Assembly (NCBI RefSeq): GCF_001447785.1
Contig: NW_015173677.1
Coordinates: forward strand, 1,666,024 to 1,730,023
Length of the DNA stretch: 64,000 nucleotides
Reading direction: 5' to 3'
DNA from: Gekko japonicus
Lineage: Eukaryota
Below, one piece after another: positions 12,091 to 25,688 of this stretch; the first letter of the stretch is position 1, and each line of letters begins with the position of its first letter. The notes under the pieces are model-generated. The model was given only the letters and a program-made list of their open reading frames with translations. It was not told the DNA's origin and made no database searches. Both the position numbers and the translations under genes were made by a program.

Positions 12091-15000
12091 CAGCCAGGAT
12101 AGTATCGGGAATTTTTCTATTTGTCTTTTAAATTGTTATGTACTGGTTGAAGACTGTAATAATAAACTTACTGACTGATATAACATTATAAAAATATATG
12201 AAACGTCTGAATTCCCAGCTTTCATTAAAAAAAAGCCTAGACCTTTCCATTGCAGTGATATAAGGTGAAAGGCATATGTCCACAACAGAAGGTCTAAAGA
12301 TATACATTTTTCTTAAAAAAGAAGACAATTGAGAGTTCAGAGAACCTATTACATATTGTCCTAACAGTATATTGATATTCAGTTGCCAATTAAAAAATGA
12401 AAATGCCCCAGTGGCCTAGGAAAGAGAGCATGACTGTTGTTGGGAGACTGTGGGGAACCTGCTATCTGGAAGCCCCATTGCTGCTGTGCTGTATTGGCAG
12501 CTGAATCAGCAAAATGGAAGCCACACATGTGTACTCATATGGAAACTAACTGACAGTGGCTCTGCAGCATCTCTTTTCTAAGAATTGCTGAAATTCATTA
12601 ACAGGAGTCCCCAGAAAGTAAACTTGGGATGTTTACATGTATAACAGGCATTCTACCACAGAGTCATAGCTCTTACAATCTCTTGTATGCACATTCATTT
12701 TCTCCTTCTTTAAAATCATTGCCAGCAGTGCATACTTGTTTGAAATGTAGCAGTCCGCATATTTGTAATAGCTGTACTACACATCTTTGAACAGTTATAT
12801 ATTTTAAAAAAACAATACAACAACAAACATTTCTCCTGTTAAAGACTTGACTCTTGGAAATAAGCTAGAGATCTATGCAGCAAAGAATAGTTACCAGGTA
12901 TGCAGAATCAAGGTCGTTTTGCTGAACTGGTTAAAGCGACTCAAGCTACTGAATCAATAAATGGCTGAAACATAACATTAGTGGATAGATTTTTGCTTCA
13001 TTTATGCTGCATAGGTTATAAATGGAGAAAGAATTAGGTTCCATAGAGTCTTCAGCTGAAAAAAGACTGCACCTCAAGATGGACTCTGCTAAATTCTGGA
13101 AACTCACGCAGTGTGATTTAAATTTTTGTAATACTTAAAGAATGAAAGTAATACTTTTCCCCCTGAGTTTTGTTTGCATTATCTTTGTCTGAAAGACATG
13201 AGTTATAATGCAGTGCAAACAGTTTCTGAATGTAATCTTACCCAGTCTTGCCTGAGCAACTCTCTGCTGTCTTGCCACAAGTCCAGAATTGGAAGCAAAG
13301 GGGGTTGCTTCACCTCTCTTCTCACAGCCTTGAGCTGAGCCTGCTCCTCCTCCCTGGCATTCATCAGTAGTCTTCCTTTTAAACTCTGTTGTCACTCCCC
13401 CTACCCCACTGACACCCAATCCTACGTCTGATTCCACCCAGCCAGTGTCCTTGCCAATCCCTGGCCTAAGAAGCCAGTGATCAGGGGTGTGCATTCGGTA
13501 TATATCAGCATTATTCGGGAATTTATCCATCCAAATACCAAATTAGAGCATCTATTTGGTAGCCCAATAGAGATTCCCGAATAATATTCGGCTCCATTAT
13601 ACCATATATGGCCATTATTGTCAATGGCAAAACTCTTAGGGTATATTCAGTGGCCGGGGAGGGGGAGGGTTTGAGACAGAGGCACCAAATTTGCTGTGTA
13701 GCTGCTGGAGCCTCTCCCAAAAAGTTTCAACAAGATTGGACTTGGGGATCCAATTCTATGGGCACCCAAAGAAGGTGCCCCCATCCTCCATTGTTTTCAT
13801 GGAGGGGGGGGGAATAGCAAGGCAATACAAGCCCTGCAGAATGTCCCAGAGAATCTCTGCAGTAGAAGGTGAAGGGGGGGCATGTTTGCAAGGCCAGCAG
13901 CAGAACCAGTGCCACTGTGCAAGTGCCAAAAACCCAAAAGGAATAAGGTCAAATCTGAGAATCTCTGAAGTACAAACTGGTGGGGGGCATTTCTGCAAGG
14001 ACAGCAGAACCAGTGCGGAAGCCATTTTGTGGTAGTGTGAACTATTCATTCGCAAAATGTTAAAAGTGGCCACAGACTGGGTAATCATTGTCAGTGCTAA
14101 TTCTTAGATTGTTAGTTTGCAGGCTTGGACTGTGATTTACTTAATCATTCTACATACAGTATAAATGTATATGGTTGAAAATATTACTGTTACTATTGAC
14201 ATAAACAATAACTATGATAAAAACTGTATGTCTGATTGCAATAGTGATTTTCCAATCAATTATTTTTATTTTTCACTACTATAAATTTATCTCTCCAGCT
14301 TCTTCTTAGCATAGCACTTCCTATCCAGAATACTCAAACAGCTATTCCTATCAACATGGCAATTCCACAGTAACATTCCATCTGTCATAGTATTAGTGCA
14401 ACTCATCGCACAAAATCAAAGTAAAAATCAGCAACAGGAGGTGCTGCTCCACTCCACAGCATTTATCAGACTCAGCCCTTAATACCCCTGTCCTGGTACC
14501 TCTCATGGCCTCAGAACAGAAGTGGAGAAGGTTTGTAGGTAGCCTGATACTTCACTGCCCCCCTCCAATGTCCTATTGCCACTTTAGCCTCTTGTGAAGA
14601 GCTTTTTCTTGCAAAATTCTAGGAGGCAATCCACCCCTCTGCTGCAACTTCTGCTGCTCCCAGAGTAGAGCTATGACATTGCCAATCAGTTGTTGCAGGG
14701 GCAGCTGTTGCCCAAATGAGCAGCATCTTTTTCCCCACTCCACAGCAGTCTCTAATCTGAGTCACTAACCAGATAATAATCTTCCTAGGAACAATCTGTC
14801 CCACAATACCCAATAATATCACTAGCTATCCATAATAATTATCATTCTACTCTTGAAGCAGTCCATTTCCTAGTCCTTCCCTTCCTCTGTTTTGTGCAGC
14901 CCTCTGCTCCTTCTTTTAGATGTTTTTGAGTACTCTTACTTTTTGACACTGATTTCAAACAAAACAAAAAAGTAAGAACAAGCCATTTGCCAAATGAAGA

Positions 15001-15549
15001 CTGTTAATCTGGCTTCTGAAACATTTGTCATTATAATCAGCCGAACAAGATTTCACCAAAGATACTTGAAATAGATAAATAGCAATATATAATTAGTCAC
15101 AGAATAATCTTTATTCATGTTTCATGCCCTGTAATTCTGTTAAAAATTATGGCTCTAACCCAGTATTTGGTTACATGAGAATTAGTCACATTGATTTAAA
15201 GGGGCTTTACACGTGAAGCAATAGATTCTATATATAGCTTTCCGGGGTTTTATCTAATTTAACAATGTTATCTAATGGTGCAATCTTCAAGGCTCATGTC
15301 ATTTATTTTTAATGATAATGGGGCACTTTCATACAGACTGAAAAATGCATTTTCTTTGCACTTTGCAACTAAATTTTATTGTGTGAAACAGCTTAATCAA
15401 CTTGCAAATCATCACCAACATGCACTGAAAGCGGATTGAAAGTGCATTATTCTTTACTAGGCATAAGGCCCATTGTGGAAATAAATACAACGAGCTCTAG
15501 AAAGAGGCTTTGGGAGAGTGCCAAGGCCTTGGGCCCTCAGCGTCAATGT

Positions 15550-16160
15550 GCTGTGGCAACCTCAGCAGGGTATAATGACACAGAGTCCACCATTTTCTCC
15601 AGAGGAACTGATCTCTGCTACCTGAAGAGCAGTTGTAATTTTCAGTGATTTTCAGTGATCTCCAGCTCTCACCTTGGCAACAATTGTTACCCAAGAAGAA
15701 ATGGCTGGTTTGGAGGGTGGAGTCTATGCCATTGTACCTGTCTGAGATCCCACCCCTCCTCAAACTTCACCCTCTCCAGGCTCCACCGCTCAAATCTCCA
15801 TGAATTTCCCAACCTAGAGTTGGCAACCCTATTCCCTCCCAGCCAAGCATCAACCTGCCATTATCTGCCCCTCTGATTTCAGATTTCTATCTTCTCCCCC
15901 CTCCCTCCTGGAGATCAGTTGTAATTCTGAGTGATTTTCACCCCTCTCCTGAGATTGGCAACAGTGGTTCCCCAGAAGGGAATGGCTGATTGGGAGGGTG
16001 GAGTCTATGGCATTGTGCCTGTTTGAGGTTCCACCCCTCCTCAAACCTCACCCTCTCCAGGTTCCATCCCTCAAATCACCAGGCATCTCCCACCTGGAGT
16101 TGGCAACCCATTTTGAGTGCTCTCCAGCCTTCACCTGGAGATTGGCAACAATGGTTTCCC
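15550..16160 (+). repeat. Head-to-tail array of partial copies of the tagggttgccaacc...ggttggcaacccta dispersed repeat
   Basis: Repeated blocks ggagggtggagtctatg / cacccctcctcaaac / gagttggcaaccc at about 15710-15830 and 15990-16110. Confidence 0.7.
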
Positions 16161-16350
16161 AGGAGGAAAAGTAGTCTTTCTCTGCAATGGGGACCAAAGC
16201 AGCTTACATCATTCTCCTCTCCCCCTTTTGCACAACAACCCTATGAGGTAGGTTAGGCTGAAAGTCTGTGACTGGTCCAAAATCACCCACTCAACTTCTA
16301 CAGCAAGAACCTGGATCTAGCAGACCCTGCTCTGAAGCTCTTGCTACACA

Positions 16351-16567
16351 TAGGGCAGCCAACCTCCAGGTGGAGCCTGAAGATCACCAGGTATCACAAC
16401 TGAACTCCAGACAACAGATCTCTCCCCCCCAGAGAAAATAACTGCTTTGGAAGGTGGGCTGTATGGCATTCTGTTCAGCTGAGGCCTCTCCCCTCCCCAA
16501 ACCCTGGCTTCCATAGACTCTACCAGAAAATCTCCAGGAATCTCCCTACCTGGAGCTGGCAACCCTA
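16351..16567 (+). mobile_element. Non-autonomous TIR element (tagggttgcc family)
   Basis: Termini tagggcagccaacc...gctggcaacccta. An inverted relative lies at 42592-42831. No TSD found. Confidence 0.65.
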
Positions 16568-17336
16568 GTCAGGACTTGCCCCACTGAGTTCCTCACAAAG
16601 GCCTGCAAAGGGTTTCCTTTATTTGAACCAAGCTTGGTTGCCAACCATGGTGAAACGGGCTCCAATTTACAACTCAGCTGTTTGCCTCCCACCTTCGTCC
16701 CATGGGTGTATCTCACGCCTTAATTTGCTGCCACCACTCACAGAATCATCACTGCCTTTTTAGAGGGACAGTGAGACCCCTCTGGCCGAATCTCCCTATT
16801 TGGAGATGAAATCCCCAATCTTTGGGGGATCCCTGGAAAGTTGGCAAACCAAGGGTCTGGCCTTTCCTTGCTTCCCTGGGCTACCCCCTCCCTTTGGTAT
16901 TGTGTAGAGTGGGGGAGACTATGTGGTCAGAGCACAACACAGATTATTAGCCCAAATAAAAGAATTTAACTATTTACACAGTTATGGAGCACACAAACAC
17001 TGTAGGAGTAAGCACACACTATGAACCAACAAGACATAAATCAACAGGGGTTAAACTCAATCCTCTTTCCACACACACAATACTCTACCTACACACAATA
17101 CTCTCTACCTCTGGAGGTTGTGGGCTCAGGATAGGATTTTTCCTTGGATTGGCCTCTGGCTGTACTTCAGCCTCTCTCTCTTGTCTAAGAGAGCAGGGAA
17201 ACTTCCATTCATCCCCCAGTCCAGCCAACTGTGGAGTGGCTGAATTTCTGCTGCCTCCCAGGGACGAAGACTGCCTCCTCCCTGGATGGGCTAGCATGTA
17301 CTTCATTCTGACTCTAGCTCTCCCACCCTCCTGACA
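16568..17336. mobile_element. Possible LTR-like element
   Basis: 7-bp terminal inverted match gtcagga / tcctgac(a). The left end abuts the preceding element and no TSD is visible. Confidence 0.3.
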
Positions 17337-17420
17337 AGACACCCCTGAAAATTTGGGGCTCCTTGAAAGTAGCCTGAGAATTAGGTCTATGGTCAGGTTC
17401 ATTCACAGAATGGTCATGTA

Positions 17421-17626
17421 CAGTGTTCCCTCTAAGCTGAGTTAGAGTGAGCTAGCTCACAGTTTTTTAGCCTCCAGCTCACACATTTTTGTTTCAGCTC
17501 AGGAAGGATGGCTCCAGAGCAAACTGATTTATGCTGTAGCCAAATTGCTCGCTCACAACTTTAATGCCAGTAGCTCGCAAAGTAGAATTTTTGCTCACAA
17601 GACTTCACAGTTTAGAGGAAACATTG
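17421..17626. mobile_element. hAT MITE, 206 bp
   Basis: TIRs CAGTGTTCCCTCTAA / TTAGAGGAAACATTG and perfect 8-bp TSD GTCATGTA (17413-17420, 17627-17634). Confidence 0.9.
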
Positions 17627-18282
17627 GTCATGTATACCTGAGATGTAATTGAATCACAGCATATATACAGGCAGCTGTGGGTTAATATTATCTTAATTTT
17701 CTATGCCAGAGATAAACAAAGCATGGGATCAGGTGGGGCTTCTACCATAAATATTTGGCAATGTTTTTTTTTAAAAAAATAAAGCAGTAGTGCTGCTAAA
17801 TATCACAATGAAATCTGAGCTGGACAAATATGTTTCTAGAGAAGGAATGGGAGAAAAGGATGTGTTAATCTCTTCAACCCATTCCCACCCACACACTTCA
17901 CTTACAAAGCCTAATTGGTTAGGCTTTTTTGCAAATAAAAAGTTAATTTCACCCTCAAGTCATAAATGAGAAAAGCTCTTTCAGTGTAGCAGCTACCATA
18001 CTCTGGAACATATATTAACATTGTATGCCCACTTAGAGAACTATTTTAAAGAATCAGTGTTGAAATTATTCAAAACTTGCCAAGCTTAGTAAAATTATTA
18101 GGAAAAATGTTTCATTGACCAGCTATCTCTAGGGGCTATGGTAGAAAGAACTGCCCACAGATTGCAGAACAATTTTCCATTCTTAGTCCCAATAAAGACC
18201 AGAAAGAAAGGAAATGAATAAATAATCATTGTCTACAGTATTACTTTTTTATATGATTTATCCTGTAGTATTTGAAAACAGA

Positions 18283-18634
18283 AGGAGCTGCGGTGGCTCA
18301 AGTGGTTAAGACGCTGAACTGCAGGCTGTGGAAGGTCAGTAGTTCAGCAGTTCGAGACCCGGGTCTGCCGCATGACGGAGCGAGCTCCCGTCTCTAGTTC
18401 CAGCTCCTGCCAACCTAGCAGTTCGAAAGCAAGAAATTGCAAGTAGATAAATAGGTACCACTGCGGTGGGAAGGTAACAGCGTTCCATGCGCCTTGGTGT
18501 TTAGTCATGTCGGCCACATGACCACGGAAACGTCTTCGGACAGCGCTGGCTCTTCGGCTTTGAAACAGAGATGAGCACCGCAACCCTAGAGTCGGATTCG
18601 ACTGGCTTTCGAGCAAGGGAACCTTTACCTTTAC
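18283..18634 (+). mobile_element. Sauria SINE, full length, young
   Basis: Pol III A box (tggctcaagtgg) and B box (gttcgagacc), (ACCTTT)n tail, and 14-bp TSD TATTTGAAAACAGA (18269-18282, 18635-18648). Confidence 0.95.
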
Positions 18635-19374
18635 TATTTGAAAACAGACATATAATAATACAAATGGATGACCTGGAAGGTGAAGGTGAAGGGTCTTCCT
18701 GCTTCTGCTCTTCCTCCTTCCATCCCCCTCCTTCCTTCCAGCGCCTCTCCTTTGTCATTGTTGTTTTCTTCCTCCAACTCAAGGAGTGAAAAGGCCTCAA
18801 TATACCCAGTTATTCTCTATCACAGCTCTGATACACAACTAAAGTTCCACAAGATGATATCACAAGGCTCTGGAAGATGGTTGAAAAATCCCATTCCAGA
18901 TAACCAACAGCCATTTTCATGACTTTTTCTTCTAAGCAGAGAGGATGGCTGGAGGCACTTTATTCAAGGGACTATAAAATCAGGTTCCTTTATCCAATTC
19001 CCTTGAAACTTGGAGAGTCTTTAGAAGTGAAGGTAGATAAGGTTCTTGGATATTTTGATATCATTTGGTGAAAAGAGAAGTTCACGAAGGGAAATCTGAC
19101 ATTTTCCATATCTGGAAAATATTGGGCAGACACCCAATCTGATCTTAATGGAAATGGAGCCTGACAAGCCTTAACAATATGACATTGCAGTGTTTTCTGA
19201 AAACGAATTAAGATACAGAACTGAAATGACAATTTTTCAGGTACATACCCCAGTGGGCAGAATTGGTCAGGTGGTTGGAGAACTATAATTATAATAAATA
19301 GCACTATCTGTCACCATCTTTTAAAAGGAACATTTCTCTATTCTGACAGTAAGGTATTATTTTTAACTACTATT

Positions 19375-20012
19375 TTTATTTATTTACTTTTATTTATTTA
19401 CAAGACATATACTGTACATTTCTGCCCAATCAGAAACCTTTAAAACAAGGGTAAAACACATATACAAAAACACAGATGCAGAAATTAAAAGCATAGGGCA
19501 GGAAGGAGGGGTTACTGAGGGAACACCAGTAAAAACAAAAGAGTATTCACCTACTGGTGGAAGACAGAGATAGGAGATAGGTGAATATAGTTGGAAGGAA
19601 GAGCCTCAGTTCTAGTGTCATGACTGAGAAGGCCCTCTCTCAGGTTGCCATCTGTCAAGAAGAAGAAGAGGAGGAGGTTGGATATGTACCCCACCCTTGA
19701 CTCGGAGTCTCAGAGTGGTTTATAATCTCCTTTTCCTTCCTCTCCCCACAACAGACACCCTGTGAAGTAGGTGAGGCTGAGAGAGCTCTTTTGAGAACTG
19801 CTCTTGAGAGAACAGCTCTGAGAGAACTTATGACCCAAGGTCACACCAGCAGCTGCATGTTCTCCCAGATTAGAGTCTGTGGTCTTAACCACTACACCAG
19901 ACTGGCTCTCTGGAAGGCAGGAGCACTCGAGGCTGGGCCTTAGAAAATGATTGCAGTGGTCAAGTAGTTTCAAATGGGAGTAGGTGGTCCTTAAGGTATG
20001 CTGGTCATACAG
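19375..20012 (-). mobile_element. L2 LINE 3' end, interrupted by a SINE
   Basis: (TAAA)n tail on the minus strand, and cagggctttaaagg, the reverse complement of the FKAL motif also seen at 300. Confidence 0.7.
19657..19910 (-). mobile_element. Squam3-type SINE nested in L2
   Basis: (GAA/GAG) tail at 19657-19676 and head gagagccagtctggtgtagtggttaag on the minus strand. Confidence 0.85.
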
Positions 20013-21062
20013 GGCTTTAAAGGGTTTCTGATGACTCATAAGAATTTCCCTGTTGATATGGTCAATGTCCCTGTCAATGCCCTAGTTGATCTCTGGAATG
20101 AGGAAATGAATTGGGTGATTGACACAATTGCTCCTAGGTGCCCTCTCTCAGGTGCTGGAGCCCATGTAGTCCATTGGCTTACTGAGGGGCTGTGGGCAAT
20201 GTAAATGCAAGGGATACGAATACAACAACACTGGAGGAAAATACAAGGGGCAAATGTGAGAAGACACAGGTTAGAGCTCATTTTAAAACCTGCCCCATAA
20301 AAGTGATGGCAGCAGAGAAACGGTACTTTTCTCCTGCCATTGCATCTGCTCAGTGTAGGCCAGTGGAGCTGTTCCAAGTGGTCAGAGGCCTATGGGAATC
20401 CAGCCTGTAGGAGGAGGTAGACTGCTCGGTGGTAGACTGCTCACTGTGACCACTTTGCTCAACATTTGCAGATAAATCTCTTGCATTTGTACCAACCTGT
20501 ACTCTGAATTATCAGTAAAAAGGTCATATGGTGCCTGAGTGCCAACTTCCAGTTAGATGTTTGGGATACACTTCAGTTTATTGAATCTGACGATGTAAAC
20601 AGGATATTTGAATGTCTGAAGCCTGCCACCTGTATGTATCACTTTTTCCTTCCTGAATGCTGAAATCTGCTGGGGAGGGATGACTGGCCAACTGAGTCCA
20701 AAAGGCAGTGTCTCCTTGAGGTTGTCCCAGCCTTGAAACAGGCTGTGGAGCATCTACAATTTAAAACAAACAAACAAACAAACAAAAACCTACTCTGGAC
20801 CCAGGAAATTTGAATGATTTTGACCAGTCTCAAATGTACCATTCTTGAACAAGCTGACTGATTAGTTGGTAGCTGGATAACTCCAGGATTTCATGGATGA
20901 AGTAAACTATCTGGATCCTTTCTAGTCTGGTTTCAGGCCAGGATATGTGATTGAAACAACCTTAGTCACCCCAGTGGATGACCTGCACAGGGAGATGGAG
21001 AGAGAATGCAACCCTACTGAATATCCTCACCCTCTCAGCAGTTTTCTATACCATTGATCATG
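20010..21062 (+). mobile_element. L2 ORF2 internal fragment (EN-RT linker to early RT), degenerate
   Basis: LVDLWNEEMNWVIDTIAPRCPL...WLTEGL, later YLDPF*SGFRPG and LSAVFYTIDH. Confidence 0.75.
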
Positions 21063-22671
21063 TTAAAAAGAAAAAGCTCCCCACCCTGAATAAAGACCTG
21101 AAGTGAAGTAAATAAGTACTCCTGGTAAAGCAGTGCATCTACCAATCTCATCCTGCTTCTAGCCCTGCTTTGACCTCATGTTATTGTTATATTTCCATCA
21201 TGCTTACCAGATAATCCATGCTAAAGAAAACAATAAATATTAAAATGGGAGAAACCCTCAAAGCCATGTAATTTCTACCTGCCAAACACTATGTTGCAAG
21301 CAAATCAAGTGGCCATCTTGATTTTTTGATCTTCAAGATTTTTCCCCAATATACTTTTGGCTTTTTAAAATGTATGATTCTAGCTAGTCTCATAGGCTCT
21401 TCTTGATCCTTTCCTGATAGGCAATTTTGCTCAAAGGATTTAAGAAAATTAAGGTCTTATTACAATAATGTCCCTGCCAATTTTCTCTTGATGACAAGTT
21501 ATGCTATAATGCTTGAAACGGTGTTCACAGTTTCACCTTCTCTCATGAGCTCAACAGTGCAATGTTCAGATCTCTTACAAAATATTTTAATTAATGATTT
21601 CTGCAGCAACTTTCAATCTACTGACTGATTTTTTATGCTTATTGCAATGCTCACAACACTCCTCTGCAGTAAATTAGCTCAAACAATCACAATGTTATAG
21701 GCCAGTCAGAGTCTGCGCAGGGGACTTCAGGTGAAGCAATTGTATTAATAACTGAGAATGAAAACTTGCAATGTACAGCTTGTCCAGCAGGGCTGAGAAA
21801 AGTTCTACCTTCTAAAGTTCATTTTGCTATGTGCTAGTGAAGATACCTGCTCACTGATAACTTAAACAAGATTCTGCTGTTTCCAAATCCCTTAACCACA
21901 GGAATAGTTATTGCCTCAGATTTGCTGAACATCTTGCATATTATCAACTACTGAGAGTTCAGGAGCAAATGGCTTCTATTTCGGCTGAAAGATACTCATT
22001 CCATTGAATCAATCAGGCCATACATAATGTAACATGTGATTTGCAATTTCATGCACACATTCCTTTGTGTGCGTAGAGTTGCCCATCCACTGAAATAGAT
22101 GGGGATGGCATTTCAGGAGAGGAATTCCATGTGTTCCCGTAACACATAGGCATAACTGGATTAGGTTTTCTTTTTATCCTGGTTGTTTTGATACAGTTAT
22201 ATTCTTCAGCATTTGCATCCATTGCAGCAAATTGTGTTGTAAACAACTGCCGTATATCAACATATTTCAATTCACATTCTCCCATGTGAACAATGTTGCA
22301 TGCAATATTTCCATTCCTATTTAATTTCTGGAATGTATTATAGCAGAATACCAGAGGTAATTACGAGTCATGATTAAGAGTTTCTGGGATGGCTCTGTCA
22401 CAAACCACTTCTGCTAGCTATGAAGCACAAATGAATGATACCAGGGAAAAGTCAACTGAAATGTTAATCTATTGTCCTAAAGCAGTAGGATCTAACTTTG
22501 GTAAATTTAAGCTATATTTAGCTTCATATTTTATTGCTTATCTACTGAATTTTACTGAAAAAGATACCAAGAGCTGACCATTATACACAAGGTAATACAT
22601 ACCATAATATATGGCTGTTTTCATGAAAAACAAAAGCAGGACAAAAGCACACTAGTAGTTATATGATGAAA

Positions 22672-22880
22672 TACAGTGTAGTATAGTAGTCGAGTGTCAG
22701 GCTATGACCCTGGTTAAATTCCTAATATGCGGTGGGAGCTCACTGTGTGACCTTCAACCAGTCACACTCTCTCAGCCTCTAACCTGTGATTATTGTGAGG
22801 ATAAAATGGAGGGGAGGAAATGATGTTTAACCACTTTGTGTTCCCATTGAGATAGTCAGGATATTGGTGAAATAAATAAA
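22672..22880 (+). mobile_element. Older tRNA-derived SINE with (TAAA) tail
   Basis: gtgtagtatagtagtc head, gtgaccttcaaccagtcacactctctcagcct core, and aaataaataaa tail. Confidence 0.65.
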
Positions 22881-23657
22881 TGGGAATGTTTACAGCCAAC
22901 AACAACAGTCATTTCCCAACAGCCATTTCATATTGTTATTTATATACTGTCTCGTTGAAATCTAATTTATGGAAGGAAGGAGGCAGAATTTCTAATAAAT
23001 AAACATAAATCTATGAATGCTCACAAAACATTAGACTGCATTTTAAGGGATAGTTTTCAACACAGCACTAAACATGTGATTTTTACAAATAATTCTGAGA
23101 TTTTATTTGCTGCCTATGATATAAAATGGTTCCACCCACCCACATACTTCCTATGTTGATAACTGCATGCTGGATTTTTTTTAATATATGGCAGAAAGAG
23201 TATAAGACTTATCTATTATTTCCTTTCAAAAGCAGATAAGGGTATTTTCCACTGCAATGTGCTCTTTTCCCTCCCTCTGATAAAGTTATGAATTTAATGA
23301 TAACTTCATGAAACGTTACATATGCAGTCAACGCATCAGTGTGGATCTTGCAGACTAAACATCATGATATGGCAGGTCAAATAGCTTCAGGAAGTCAAAG
23401 TGGGCATCAGATTTAGATTTGGATCAGCTCTTCTAATGTTTCTGAGCTCTTTTCAACATGACACATGGCTATTAGTCCGCCTCCACTATACATCATTCAA
23501 ACATTTCTGGTGATAGTTCAAAACAGGTTCTGCTTGTGGCCTCTTTCGAAGGTTTAAAATGAAAGTAAGTTAGAAAATGAATCCCATTTAGTCCACTATT
23601 CAACCTAATCCTGATCTTCTAAGCCCATTAATTTAAATGGATTTAGAAGAATGCAAC

Positions 23658-23858
23658 AAATTGCAATTAGATAAATAGGTACTGCTTTGGTGGGAAGGTA
23701 ACAGCGTTCCATGTGCCTCAGCATCTAGTCATGCTGGCCACATGACCATGGAAATGTCTCTGGACAGCGCTGTCTCTTCGGCTTGGAAACAGAGATGAGC
23801 ACCGCATCCCTAGAGTCGGATTCGACTGGCTTTCGAGAAAGAGAAACCTTTACCTTTA
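23658..23858 (+). mobile_element. Sauria SINE, 5'-truncated, inserted in a short palindromic repeat
   Basis: A diverged match to 18434-18634 ending in acctttaccttta. Confidence 0.85.
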
Positions 23859-23964
23859 TTAACTATGTTCAGGATTGCACTCTTATGCTGGTAAAATAAC
23901 AGACAAATTAAATACTACATGGGAAACCAAAAAGATTTGACCCACTTCCTTTGAAATTATATTA

Positions 23965-25058
23965 ATAGTACAATCCTGAGGGCCACTGAGGCAGCGTTGG
24001 CCAGCTACTGACCCAAAAGCAGCACCGCTGGTCTGTTCCCTGTGGGCATTCCACAAAGGGAAATAGCTACCCATGTCCCTCTGCCAGGCACAGGTGGCAT
24101 AGCAAGCATGCTGGAGTCTATAGCAACCCCGGCAGCTCCCAATGAGAGGGCAGCCAATTATGCCTATGAGTGGCACACAAAGGCACAGTTAACCACTGCT
24201 GACTAAGCCAGCCACTGCCCCTTGATTGCCCCCCCCCCACATTCATGGAGGGCCAGAGATGGAAGGACTTCTGGGTCACCCCCATGCACATAAATTGCTA
24301 GTGTTGGGTATGGGAACCACCATTCTCAGTGGCACCTGGTCTTATGCTAGGGGGACAGGGGAGACAGGTACAGACTCCTGGGCTGGGGCAGGTCAGTTCC
24401 CACCCCTACTCATCTGGCAGTGCACAGTACTCCTTTGAGTTGGGATACCTATTAGGGTTCTGAAATCAGACACATTAGCCACACATCATGGATTTTGCTC
24501 TCCTTCTTAGGTGTTAGTTCTAACTAAGTGCTCCATCAGTAGTGCTAACTGCCTTTCTGTGACTCTCCCACTCCTAATGTGCAACACTATGTACTCTAAG
24601 TGTGCATGGCAGGAACCTCTGAGACAATCTCTTGCCACCTGCCCCACCTACTGATCTATGGGGCATCCTGGCTGGGGTTTATGTAGTGCTGGGGGGTGAC
24701 CAGGTATGGGGGAGGGTTTTGGCTTCTGCTAGGGAGAGGTGTGATTCGTTGCACCTGTAGTTGGCACCCTATGTTCTGTGAGGGCTTTGGGGTGGGGTCA
24801 TCCTTTTTGATTGTATGGGTGCCTATGGGCTATGCCATGGCTTTAGGTGGAGCAATTTTCTGTCAGCTTTTTTTTGGGGTGTGTGTGTGTTAGAGAACCA
24901 ACTAAGTCTTCCTGTGCCCCTGGGTCTGTCTCTTTGCCCACTGCATTGCTATGCTGGTGTTCATCCAGTACACAGTTCCACCAGTAGGATCTGCTGGTGC
25001 ATCTCAAAGATATGCCAGTATAGCACTTAGTTGGTTCCTTTTGCCAGGATTGTGCTGC
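23965..25058. mobile_element. Non-autonomous DNA transposon, PIF/Harbinger-like, ~1.1 kb
   Basis: Terminal inverted match agtacaatcctg / caggattgtgct (11 of 12), TTA on both flanks, and a GC-richer interior. Confidence 0.5.
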
Positions 25059-25688
25059 TTATGAAGTAATACAGCAATGTAAAGTAAGAATATGCCACAA
25101 TTGTTCATAATTATTTGAGAAAAGAAATCAGGGCTTTGATTTGGTTGGGCAGCTACGGAGAAAAGTGACTACATAGTTAAACAATAGGATCCAAGTTTAG
25201 CATCCTGGTAAGTGTTCTTTTTTCCCAAGACCTGGGAATTAAGTACTAATGAATATGAAATTAAAATAGCCAGGGACCTATAAGCATTATGTTCAATTAT
25301 TGCTATTAATTTTATCTTCCATGTAGCGGTTCTTTTGCACACAGAAGTTAAAAGGCTATGCTTTAGGGAAGCATTCTGTGAAATAAAATAAAATCTCATT
25401 TATCCAAATGGCTGAAGGGACAACTAATATTAGTTGGCTAATCAGAAGTTCAAATATGGTGGAAAGCTGTTTACATAAGATTAAACAGACATGTGGTTGT
25501 GTATGGGACATCCATAGAATTTAAATACTTGGATATGGATGTGCTGTATATATCACTGTATATTATAGTCTGATAAGAGACTGTAGAAATTCATCATGAA
25601 AATACGTAGTGGGTATTTTTATATCCTCTACAAAGTAAGTTATGTCACTGAAAGTGTGGGATACAATCTGCTGGGTTTCCATACTATA

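Noticed and set aside
21488-21530. Hammerhead-like tgatga...gaaac motif
   Set aside because: It lacks the CUGA start and stem I complementarity.
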